Source: an uncultured Bacilli bacterium
Lineage (GTDB): Bacteria; Bacillota_I; Bacilli_A; RF39; UBA660
Length of the DNA: 47,829 bases
Assembly: GCA_947632205.1 (NCBI GenBank)
Contig: CANROK010000003.1
Location: 1-47,829 of the forward strand
Direction: 5' to 3'
Notes under the pieces: model-generated
Database searches by the model: none
What the model saw: the letters and a program-made list of their open reading frames with translations, nothing else
What the model was told of the DNA's origin: nothing
Part shown: one piece after another, positions 29,032 through 37,851 of the stretch
How positions within the stretch are numbered: the first letter of the stretch is position 1
How the letters are laid out: every line of letters starts with the position of its first letter
Made by a program: the position numbers and the translations under genes

Positions 29032-30477
29032 TTATTGAATAACTGAACAAGTATAACCTAAACCTTCAGTTCCAAAATATTTAACAATTGCTAAATAATT
29101 TTTAATATTATCTTCTCCATAAGTTGTATATAATTCATTATTATCAAATATTTTAGTAATAATTGTAATAGATCTCTCATTATCATCAAATGTTACATCA
29201 CTATAATTAGCAGTTATTCCATCAATAGTAACACTTTTTTCTTCATTGAAATTATTTCTTAAATTATTGTAATCATCAACTGAAGTTATAATATATTTTG
29301 TTATTTCTTGAGTAAGACCACCATAAACATTTAATTCCGTTTCTGAATCTGAAATACTAAAACGATAAGAAACTGTTTTACTGCCTGTTGGATTACTAAT
29401 ATCACTAGTATTAATAATACAATTATAACGGGCTTTAATACTATATTGTGTAACTACTAATTTACTTGTAAAATCACTTGTTTTACCAGAACTATTAGAT
29501 GCTTTAATAGTTATATCATGAACTCCTGGAGTACTTAATTTACTTGTTACTTCATTTGGATCAACAAATTCATAAGTTATATTATCATAATCACTTATAG
29601 CAAAATCTTTAGCATCAGCTTTTTCTCCAGCAATCTTATAGACTGTAACCGGAGTAATTTCAAGTGGTCTATTATCAATTATAGTAATTTTACCCTTTCT
29701 TTTAGTATTACCACAAGTAACAACAAATTCATATATTCCTTCTTTATTTATATTAACTTCACTTATATCTTTTTCACAATTAGTAGCATTTGTACCAGTT
29801 ATTTTGGCATATTTTTCCATTTCTGATGGTAATTCTTCTCCTAAATTAGCTTCAAAATCTAATGTTTCAATTTTGGCTTTATTTCCACCACTAAGAACAT
29901 TACTACTCAATAAGAAATATACTCCGCCACCAATAAGTGCTAATAATACTAATATCAAAATAATAAATAATACTTTATTGCCACCTTTCTTTGGCTTTTT
30001 ATCACTTTCTAAAGATATTGGTGGTGTAGTTCCTACAACAGATGAACTATCAAAACCAGGCATTGGTTGAATTGTTTGGGGATTAGTATATGCTGGTTGA
30101 TTACTTACAGGTTTTGCAGTAGGAGTTACCAAAGTTTCTGGTACTTCTTTTATATTTGCCGGTGTTGGTTCTAATGGTTCTATAGAAACTGATGATCCAG
30201 CATCTGGTCCCAAAGGAGGAATAGAATTATCAGTTGGTGTTGGTATTGCTGTATTATTAACATTATTATTTACAGTTGGATTAGGTATTGGTGTTGGTGT
30301 TTGTGGAACTTCTGAAATTTTTGGTTGGGCTGGCTTATCTAACATTACTGTAAAACCTGGATTTACTGAAGAACCACTATTATTGGGATTTTGTGGTGTT
30401 TGTGGTGGTGTTGGAATTCCATTATTTGGCATTCCATTAGATAAATTATTTGTAGCATTACTATTATCATTATTCAT
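29032..30477 (-). CDS. Single-pass membrane protein with Pro/Asn-rich N-terminus and probable Ig-like extracellular domains
   Basis: About 160 aa of low-complexity sequence, KKPKK plus a TM helix, then beta-rich repeats such as EGIYEFVVTC and PGVHDITIKA. Confidence 0.75.
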   Translation of the reverse strand: MNNDNSNATNNLSNGMPNNGIPTPPQTPQNPNNSGSSVNPGFTVMLDKPAQPKISEVPQTPTPIPNPTVNNNVNNTAIPTPTDNSIPPLGPDAGSSVSIEPLEPTPANIKEVPETLVTPTAKPVSNQPAYTNPQTIQPMPGFDSSSVVGTTPPISLESDKKPKKGGNKVLFIILILVLLALIGGGVYFLLSSNVLSGGNKAKIETLDFEANLGEELPSEMEKYAKITGTNATNCEKDISEVNINKEGIYEFVVTCGNTKRKGKITIIDNRPLEITPVTVYKIAGEKADAKDFAISDYDNITYEFVDPNEVTSKLSTPGVHDITIKASNSSGKTSDFTSKLVVTQYSIKARYNCIINTSDISNPTGSKTVSYRFSISDSETELNVYGGLTQEITKYIITSVDDYNNLRNNFNEEKSVTIDGITANYSDVTFDDNERSITIITKIFDNNELYTTYGEDNIKNYLAIVKYFGTEGLGYTCSVIQ

Positions 30478-30540
30478 TTTATCAAGCCCCTTTAACTACT
30501 ATTGTAATTATATCGTTATTTTTATATTTTTTCAACTACT

Positions 30541-31878
30541 TTAATTATTATTTAAAATATATTCTTTAAATTTATCTCCTTTTTCAGAATAATTTTTAAA
30601 TTGATTATAAGATGATGCTGCTGGTGACAATATACATGCTGTATTTTTTCTTGTAACCTTCTTTGCAATATTACATGCTTCTTCTAAAGTATCAACTAAA
30701 TAAACTTTTTCTTGCGGTAAACTTTTAGCAATCATATGTCCTGTTGTAGGCATACAAATAAAATTTTCTATTTTAGAATTTTTTAAAAATTCAGCAAAGC
30801 CAGCATAAGATATTCCCCGATCAAGTCCTCCAAATATTAATGTTGTTATATTATCTATTGCTTTTATTGCATTTTTAGTGGCCTCAGGTATAGTAGCTAA
30901 TGTATCAACATAATATTCCACATCATTAACTACGCCAATTAATTCTAAACGATATGCCACAGGTTTAAATTGAGAAATGGCTTTAAATGTTAAGTTATCA
31001 TCTAAATTAAGGATTTTACTAACAGCATAAGCCACCATAATATTTTCAAAATTATGCATTCCTTTTAAATTTCTCTCTAAGTTTATATCAAATACTTTAT
31101 CATTTTTATAATATACTTCATTATTTTTTAAAAATACTGTTGCTTCTCTATTTAAATCAATAGTTATTTTTTCCCCTTTAAAATTTTTTTGCTTTATTAA
31201 ATCATTTAAATTTTTATTATCTTGACAATATACCATATAATCTTCACTATCTTGATAAGCAAACATGTGCATTTTTGATTCATAATAATGTTTTATATTA
31301 CCGGCATGATCTAAATGATCTTCAAATAAATTTAAAACAATACCAATATGAGGTGATACATTCATAAATTCTAATTGATGAGAAGACATTTCAATAACAA
31401 TTAAAGTATCATCCTTTATTTCTTCTAAGATTGAAAAAACAGGTATTCCCATATTTCCAGCAACAATCACGTCAAGACCATTTTCGAGTAATATATTGTA
31501 AATAAGCATAGAAGTAGTTGTTTTTCCTTTTGTTCCCGTTACACCAATTACTTTATCTCTTGCAACACTTAACAATAATTCTAATTCAGATGTAATATTT
31601 ATGTTACTTGTATCAATATCTTTTAAAGATATACCCGGTGTCTTAATAACTAAATCATATTTTTCTAGATCTTCTAAATATTTATCCCCATAGATAAAAT
31701 TAACTTTATTATCTAACTTAAATATTTCTTTGAAACTTACATTATCTTTATCAATAATGGTAATATAAGTATCAGGAATATATTTTCTTATAAAATTATA
31801 GGTTGCTTCTCCTTCTCTACCAAAACCTAAAATAGCCACCTTTTTATCTTTAATTAAATCAATAATTTTATTAATCAT
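30541..31878 (-). CDS. murD: UDP-N-acetylmuramoyl-L-alanine--glutamate ligase (MurD2-like by context)
   Basis: ILGFGREG, KTPGI, GVTGTKGKTTT, EMSSHQL, EDHLDH and LSPAASSY. Overlaps the MurL-like gene by 8 nt. Confidence 0.9.
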   Translation of the reverse strand: MINKIIDLIKDKKVAILGFGREGEATYNFIRKYIPDTYITIIDKDNVSFKEIFKLDNKVNFIYGDKYLEDLEKYDLVIKTPGISLKDIDTSNINITSELELLLSVARDKVIGVTGTKGKTTTSMLIYNILLENGLDVIVAGNMGIPVFSILEEIKDDTLIVIEMSSHQLEFMNVSPHIGIVLNLFEDHLDHAGNIKHYYESKMHMFAYQDSEDYMVYCQDNKNLNDLIKQKNFKGEKITIDLNREATVFLKNNEVYYKNDKVFDINLERNLKGMHNFENIMVAYAVSKILNLDDNLTFKAISQFKPVAYRLELIGVVNDVEYYVDTLATIPEATKNAIKAIDNITTLIFGGLDRGISYAGFAEFLKNSKIENFICMPTTGHMIAKSLPQEKVYLVDTLEEACNIAKKVTRKNTACILSPAASSYNQFKNYSEKGDKFKEYILNNN

Positions 31879-33220
31879 TATTTAAAATCTCCTTTAATTT
31901 TATTATATCATTCTCTAATAAACTATTATTATTATCAAAAAAGTGTTCTAAATCGATATTTAAAATCTTTTCATCATAATAATTATCATAATAATATTTT
32001 AATAAATAAGGTAAATTATTTTTATCTAACTTTTTTATTGTTTTAGTAATAGCATAATTTATTTCTTCAAATGTCCCTACGCATTCAAATGGTTTTATAT
32101 TACTTTTACCAAGTAATTCAAGAAACAAAGGTAACATATTTTCTTTAGTAAATAAATCTTCTTTAAAAATAGCAATTAATTCATCTTTATATAAAAATGG
32201 AGATAATAAAGAATAAATAAACAAACATTTAGCACAATTACAACACCAAGTCCAGTTCATATTTTTACTACCTACATTGCAGCTTTTAAAGATATGATGA
32301 AATTTGGGATATTTAGCAAAAATCATGGCTATTTGATATTCGGTAAGGGGTCTTAAAAAAGAATAATATTTAATATCTTTATTTAAAAATTCTTGAGCAT
32401 AATCTTGAAAATCTTTCTCAAATTCATATGATTTAGAATACTGATGGTTAATTTTTTCTCCCAAAATATTTGTCTCATTAGCACTGCTTTCATTAGATAA
32501 TACTATATATTTTTTATTATTTAAATAAGCAGTTAAAAAGGATACAAACGCAACCATAGCTGAAAAAGGTGTATGGCCATTTAAAAAGCCCAAATCATTA
32601 AGTTCTAACAAGTTCTTATCAATAGTTCGATAAACTTTATAAATATCTCTATCTTCATAACCTGCAGCATAAGCACAATTTAACATAACTTCTTTCGGAT
32701 TAATAATTAAACAGCCACTATTTTCTTTACTATATAAATCTAAAGTTACACAAGAATCTTTTCCACCACCTACGGCTATCAAATTACCAGAACCTTTATA
32801 CTCAATAAATTTATCATAATAATTACCATTAAACTTAAAATTAACAAAATCAGCATAATTTAATTTTATTTTATTTTTATAAATTAATTCACTTAAACCA
32901 TAATAATACACCTTTTTAAAAAAATGTTGTTGTTTTTCATTAATTTTTCCACAATTTACAATAATATTAGGTGCTAATGTAGCTTTCCAATAACTAACTA
33001 TTTCTAATAAACCAATATTAAAAGCCAACTTCTCAACAAATTCTTTATCAATATTTTTAATAGCATAAGGAATTTTTATAATATGTTTAAATTCTTTTAA
33101 ATTTATTATTTTATAATCATAGATAATTTCAATATAATTTTCTTCATAATTAATGTTAAATTTATCATAAACAAAAGTATCATATTTTTTTATTTCTTCC
33201 CAAGTTTTTTTATTATTCAT
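31871..33220 (-). CDS. murL: MurL-like UDP-MurNAc-L-Ala-L-Glu epimerase
   Basis: GGGKDS PP-loop, NGHTP, SNESSA, NHQYSKS, SFLRPL, SCN, WCxxCxKC and KPFECVG, as I recall from Xanthomonas MurL. Coupled to murD. Confidence 0.8.
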   Translation of the reverse strand: MNNKKTWEEIKKYDTFVYDKFNINYEENYIEIIYDYKIINLKEFKHIIKIPYAIKNIDKEFVEKLAFNIGLLEIVSYWKATLAPNIIVNCGKINEKQQHFFKKVYYYGLSELIYKNKIKLNYADFVNFKFNGNYYDKFIEYKGSGNLIAVGGGKDSCVTLDLYSKENSGCLIINPKEVMLNCAYAAGYEDRDIYKVYRTIDKNLLELNDLGFLNGHTPFSAMVAFVSFLTAYLNNKKYIVLSNESSANETNILGEKINHQYSKSYEFEKDFQDYAQEFLNKDIKYYSFLRPLTEYQIAMIFAKYPKFHHIFKSCNVGSKNMNWTWCCNCAKCLFIYSLLSPFLYKDELIAIFKEDLFTKENMLPLFLELLGKSNIKPFECVGTFEEINYAITKTIKKLDKNNLPYLLKYYYDNYYDEKILNIDLEHFFDNNNSLLENDIIKLKEILNND

Positions 33221-33278
33221 CTAAAAACCTCCCATATATATTTATTAAAAATATATTCTTTCTTTGATTATAACATTG

Positions 33279-35078
33279 TTATCTGTTTTTTAATAGTTTT
33301 TTATAAAGAAATGATACTATAGAGGCAAATAGTAAAACACCTAATCCAATAATGATATATTTATTATAATCTTGCCATAAATATATTAATTTATTAGATA
33401 AAATATTATTTGGTTTATCATCATCTATTTGATAAAATAAAGTGCTTTTTATGTTTTTTGGGCTATTATTATGCTCAAGTAAATCGCTTTGTTTATCTGT
33501 TTCATTAGTAGCAACTTTAATTGTTAATTGAAATTTATTATCTTTTAAATTAGTTGTGTCAACAAAATTAATGCCATCAATAGAAATATATTGAACATTT
33601 TCTTTCATTTTCATTGTACTATAAGTACCATCTATAGGATAAGATACTCCAAGTTCTATATTATCATTATCTATTATTTTAATTAAAATAGAATATTTAT
33701 CACTATTTATAATTGGTTTATCAAAAATATCTAAAGTATTATAACCAACAAAATTAATTTCACCTTCACCAATTTTAATAGCATTATTAATATTAGATTC
33801 AATACCATTAGCAAAAAACACTTCATATCTTTGATTAATTTTTGGAAAATACATAGCTATTTCTTCTAATTGCTCATTTTTTAAACTTTTTTTATCAAAA
33901 AAATTAATTAAACTGATTTCTTTACTATCTATCTCATATGTTGCATTATAACCTAAATCATCATAGTAATAAGTATAATCTTCGACATCTTTAGAAGCAT
34001 CAAAAAAGCCCACTACACTTTTACAAATATAAATATCATCATAAGAAATATATTCAAAACCTTTATCACCAATATTTAAATATACATTTTCATCATAAAA
34101 AAATATTTCATCTTCACTTATTTCATAAATGCTTGCTAATAATAATTTTAATCTTGCATCATTAATTTCATCAATACTATTAATATTTAAATTAGTTCGA
34201 TAATTAGCATATAATTGTCTTTTTACTAAATCTTTCGTACCAATATTCATAATTTCCCCATAAGAATTTTTAATTATGAATGCCCCATCTCTTGTAGGAG
34301 GATTAATTGATGAAAATTTTTCTTTAGAAATAGTATCATCCCAACCAATAATAGTAACACCATGATTAACATCTTGATTTCCAGGAATTATATCGCCATT
34401 TATATCTTTTCTTGCAAGGCCATTATAATAATTATATTTTCTAAAAACATTAGTATTATCTGCATATACAGATGCTGCCAAAGCTCCATTAGTTATTAAA
34501 TATTCTTTTATATCTTTTATAACATCAGTATTACATGTAGAACCACTACCAATAAAAGCAATAGAGTTTACATCAAATTCAGGATTAACATTTAATATTT
34601 TATCTTCTGATATTGGCTTATTTTCATTATATAAATTAATTAAATCAACAAAAGGTAAAGACACTTCTTCTATAGCACCCCATCCATTCATTAAGTAAGA
34701 TGCCGCTAAATTATAATTTCCCCCAGTATTTGCCTCTCTATTAAATGTTAATCGATTATATTTATAAGTATTTTGAGTAGCTAATTCTAAGTGTGCTTCG
34801 GATAAATCATTATAATAATAATTATTAATTAATAAATTAGATTCAATTGAGGCATTAGTAGCAAAAGCCCAACAAGCATTTGTATTATATTGGTTTTTTA
34901 TAGAAGTAACTAAATCATAATCTTTTAAATTAAAGTAAGTATCATTAACACTAATTGTACCTAATTTTGGATTACTTTTTATAAATTTAAACTTATCTAA
35001 AGCATTAACCCGTAAAATAGGAGTATTAAACATTAAAAAACTAATTAAAATTGTAAATATGAATTGTTTTTTAATCAT
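33279..35078 (-). CDS. C1A papain-family cysteine protease with lectin-like domain and C-terminal membrane anchor
   Basis: KNQYNTNACWAF (Gln/Cys), NHGVTIIGWDD (His) and IIKNSYG (Asn). Signal peptide and C-terminal TM helix with basic tail. Confidence 0.9.
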   Translation of the reverse strand: MIKKQFIFTILISFLMFNTPILRVNALDKFKFIKSNPKLGTISVNDTYFNLKDYDLVTSIKNQYNTNACWAFATNASIESNLLINNYYYNDLSEAHLELATQNTYKYNRLTFNREANTGGNYNLAASYLMNGWGAIEEVSLPFVDLINLYNENKPISEDKILNVNPEFDVNSIAFIGSGSTCNTDVIKDIKEYLITNGALAASVYADNTNVFRKYNYYNGLARKDINGDIIPGNQDVNHGVTIIGWDDTISKEKFSSINPPTRDGAFIIKNSYGEIMNIGTKDLVKRQLYANYRTNLNINSIDEINDARLKLLLASIYEISEDEIFFYDENVYLNIGDKGFEYISYDDIYICKSVVGFFDASKDVEDYTYYYDDLGYNATYEIDSKEISLINFFDKKSLKNEQLEEIAMYFPKINQRYEVFFANGIESNINNAIKIGEGEINFVGYNTLDIFDKPIINSDKYSILIKIIDNDNIELGVSYPIDGTYSTMKMKENVQYISIDGINFVDTTNLKDNKFQLTIKVATNETDKQSDLLEHNNSPKNIKSTLFYQIDDDKPNNILSNKLIYLWQDYNKYIIIGLGVLLFASIVSFLYKKLLKNR

Positions 35079-35164
35079 AATCTCCTACTTTCTATTCTTT
35101 TTATATTATATCACTTATTTAACTTTTTTTTAATATCGTAAATAAATATACAATATTAATCGTC

Positions 35165-35200
35165 AAAAAAATGTCGAAAACTTGTGAGTTTTCAACATTT
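35165..35200 (-). terminator. Original terminator of the nrdD-nrdG operon, now displaced by the IS
   Basis: Minus strand AAATGTTGAAAAC-TCACAA-GTTTTCGACATTT followed by TTTT. Its first 8 nt are the duplicated target. Confidence 0.75.
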
Positions 35201-35377
35201 GGTTCTAGAATTTCTAGAGTGAAGTAAAATTTAAAAGAATATAGGTATATACTAATAAAAAACAGGTATTTTTAATAATAAATTTTTATACCTGTTTTTT
35301 TCTTGTTTTTTTAACTTTTTTATCTTTTTGAAAAATAGCTTTTTTAGAAAAAACTAAAACCATCTAATTTACTATTT

Positions 35378-35572
35378 TTAAGAATTTTTGTTATCTAAAA
35401 TTAAATAAATTATATCTGTTATTTCTTCATCTATTTTGGCAAGTGTTGTAAGTTCTTCTAATTCTTTTCTATATTCTATTATATTTTCTAAATCTATATC
35501 TTTTTTTATCATATTAAATAACATTCTTACTTTTCTTTTATTATTTCTTAATTTGTTTATTATTTCTTCCAT
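35378..35572 (-). CDS. Small helical hypothetical protein carried inside the IS
   Basis: 64 aa with a strong RBS AGGAGGAGG inside the transposase 3' end; overlaps the transposase by 32 nt. Confidence 0.65.
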   Translation of the reverse strand: MEEIINKLRNNKRKVRMLFNMIKKDIDLENIIEYRKELEELTTLAKIDEEITDIIYLILDNKNS

Positions 35573-36845
35573 TTTTAATTCCTCCTCCTAATTGTTTGTT
35601 AAATATATATAATATTCGCTTCCTAAAAAATTTAAAATTTCTATATCCATATCCATTTCTTTTTATTACTTTGATTTTGTTATTTATTCCTTCTGTAAAT
35701 CCATTACTATATCTTTTATCTATAAATGAATTTACTATATATTCTAGCCATCTTTCTATCGTTCCTGATGCTTCTATGAATTCTTCAATTTTACTTTTTT
35801 TACATATATCTATCCAATTTTTTAATTGTACTTCAGCTTCTTCATATACTGCATGATTGATTATATCTAAAAATAACTCTTTTAAATTATATCCTCTTTT
35901 TAATTCATCTGATATTTCTAATATCTCTTTTATAATATCTACTGGTAACATTTTTACTATATGACTATTTTTATATCTTTCTACTTCTACCCACCAATTA
36001 ACATCGTTTCCATATTTTCTCAGCAAACTTACATTCTTTTTATTTTTCAAAAGCTTATATTCTTTACTTTTTTCATTATATGTTTTTTGTAATCTTATTC
36101 TTATTTTATCTAGTGCTTCCATTATATATCTGATATAATGGAAGCGGTCAACAACATATTTTGCTTTTGGGAACATTATTGTTGTGACCAATAGATATGG
36201 TTCGTACATATCACTTATGACGAACTTTACGGAATGTCTATTTTCGGTATATGTAAAATACTGAATTAGATATTCTTTTTTTCTTTTTGGCAATATATCT
36301 AATACTTTTTTATGTATTGGATCATTTATTATAAATGCATATTTTCCTTCTTCTGTATCTGCTTTAAATTCATCAAATGATATTACCATTGGTAAATTCT
36401 TTAAATGTTCTGGTATTGTACTTGTTGCTCCTTCTAATTCTTTCCTTACTATATATTTTGATACATGATTATTTTTTGCTATTGAATCAATGGTTAAATT
36501 ATAATCTAGTAAATTTTTCCTTATTGCTATCTTTACCGCATTACTTATACTTTCATTTTTACTTGTTAAATTAAAATTTTCTGTAAATATCTTATTACAC
36601 TTATAACAATGAAACCTTCTTTTATGTATTATCAAATTAACTTCCTGACCACAACTATCTAAATATTTACTTCTTATCGGTCTAGCATGACAATGTACAC
36701 TACCTGTAAAAGTGTTACATATTGGGCATCTTACTTTTTTCTTTTTACTACACAGTTTAACTTCAATTATTCCTTTCTCTTCTTTTACATTTATTATTTT
36801 ATATTCCTTTCTATTTAATCTTAATAAGGTATAATATTCTTTCAT
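35541..36845 (-). CDS. ISL3-family transposase
   Basis: Zinc finger CPIC...CYKC, FDEF, SDM, VVDRFH and SNGFTEGINNKIKVIKRNGYGYRNF. Confidence 0.96.
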   Translation of the reverse strand: MKEYYTLLRLNRKEYKIINVKEEKGIIEVKLCSKKKKVRCPICNTFTGSVHCHARPIRSKYLDSCGQEVNLIIHKRRFHCYKCNKIFTENFNLTSKNESISNAVKIAIRKNLLDYNLTIDSIAKNNHVSKYIVRKELEGATSTIPEHLKNLPMVISFDEFKADTEEGKYAFIINDPIHKKVLDILPKRKKEYLIQYFTYTENRHSVKFVISDMYEPYLLVTTIMFPKAKYVVDRFHYIRYIMEALDKIRIRLQKTYNEKSKEYKLLKNKKNVSLLRKYGNDVNWWVEVERYKNSHIVKMLPVDIIKEILEISDELKRGYNLKELFLDIINHAVYEEAEVQLKNWIDICKKSKIEEFIEASGTIERWLEYIVNSFIDKRYSNGFTEGINNKIKVIKRNGYGYRNFKFFRKRILYIFNKQLGGGIKNGRNNKQIKK

Positions 36846-36952
36846 TTTTCACCTTCTTTCGTTATTTATCTCTTAATAAGATTAATCTTTATTGTAATAC
36901 TTTTTCTTATTTTTACCACTTAAAAAGAGTGAGATTTTTTCTCACTCTTTTC

Positions 36953-37061
36953 TTCACGCTAGAAATTCTAGTTTTTTTTCAAAAGTTCACTCCAGAAATT
37001 CTTGCTTTTCTTTTTTTAGCTAGCATTTCTCTTACTTTTTACTTCACTCTAGAAATTCTAG
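36953..37061 (+). repeat. Three subterminal copies of the IS end motif
   Basis: TTCACGCTAGAAATTCTAG (36953), TTCACTCCAGAAATTCTTG (36986) and TTCACTCTAGAAATTCTAG (37043, within the IR). Confidence 0.85.
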
Positions 37062-37071
37062 AACCCAACAT

Positions 37072-37635
37072 TTATATATACATTTTTTCTTTTCGTTTAT
37101 ATTTTTCCATGATGCCATCACTTTCCGGTATTAAAATAATTTCACCTTTTTGTAAAGTTTTAGGCACATCAATTAATCTTTGATTTGATGATCCTCTAAA
37201 AAGTAAATTTAAATCTTTTTTTTCTATTTCAAAACGACCATCAACTAAAACATCAAGATATTTAAGTAATTCTAAATAATTTTTATTTTTCTTACCTAAA
37301 TCTAACACTTGTTCATATGTAAAACCCGTATAACACCAAACATTTAAACCAATTTTTTTTGCAAATTTAGCAATTTCTAAAACACTATCAACTTGAAACA
37401 TTGGATCTCCGCCACTTAGCGTTATACCATCTTGTTTTTTCTTTTTTTTAATATCTTCCAGTTCTTCACAAATCTCTTGAACATCATATTCTTCTCCACC
37501 ATCAAAGGCATGAGTACTAGGATTTTGGCAAAAAGGACAATTATGAGAACATCCTTGTGTCCAAATAACTGTCCTTACCCCAAAACCATCAACAACACTA
37601 TCACATTGAAGTGGTGCTGCTAGTCTTATTTTCAT
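37072..37635 (-). CDS. nrdG: Anaerobic ribonucleotide reductase activating protein
   Basis: DSVVDGFGVRTVIWTQGCSHNCPFC (radical SAM CxxxCxxC), SGGDP, VDGRF and FRGSSNQR. Confidence 0.96.
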   Translation of the reverse strand: MKIRLAAPLQCDSVVDGFGVRTVIWTQGCSHNCPFCQNPSTHAFDGGEEYDVQEICEELEDIKKKKKQDGITLSGGDPMFQVDSVLEIAKFAKKIGLNVWCYTGFTYEQVLDLGKKNKNYLELLKYLDVLVDGRFEIEKKDLNLLFRGSSNQRLIDVPKTLQKGEIILIPESDGIMEKYKRKEKMYI

Positions 37636-37646
37636 AATTTAATTCC

Positions 37647-37823
37647 TTAAGCAGCTTTTTCATTAGCAGAAACGCCAGTATGTTTTACACGATCATGTTC
37701 TTCAGCTTTTTTCGCATTATTGAATCTATCAAGTGTACCTACAAGATAACCTGTAATACGACGGATATTTTCAAATCCTACTCCTTCTCCAATAGTTTTA
37801 CATTTTTTAGTATTTGCTTCCAT
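37647..37823 (-). CDS. Stand-alone glycyl-radical peptide of class III RNR (58 aa)
   Basis: MEANTKKCKTIGEGVGFENIRRITGYLVGTLDRFNNAKKAEEHDRVKH... contains the NrdD C-terminal RxxGYL and DRVKH motifs. Own RBS AGGAGG before the ATG at 37823. Confidence 0.88.
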   Translation of the reverse strand: MEANTKKCKTIGEGVGFENIRRITGYLVGTLDRFNNAKKAEEHDRVKHTGVSANEKAA

Positions 37824-37851
37824 AAAATATTCCTCCTCTTTCTTTTCTATT

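Larger units (their letters stand above)
35201..37065 (-). mobile_element. Complete ISL3-family insertion sequence (1865 bp)
   Basis: Perfect 29-bp terminal IRs GGTTCTAGAATTTCTAGAGTGAAGTAAAA (35201-35229 and 37037-37065). 8-bp direct repeat CAACATTT at 35193-35200 and 37066-37073. Confidence 0.96.

Noticed and set aside
36929-37183. 84-aa plus-strand ORF and repeats as a possible CRISPR array
   Set aside because: The ORF crosses the IS end and is antisense to nrdG. The repeats are IR copies with irregular spacing, and no cas genes are in the window.
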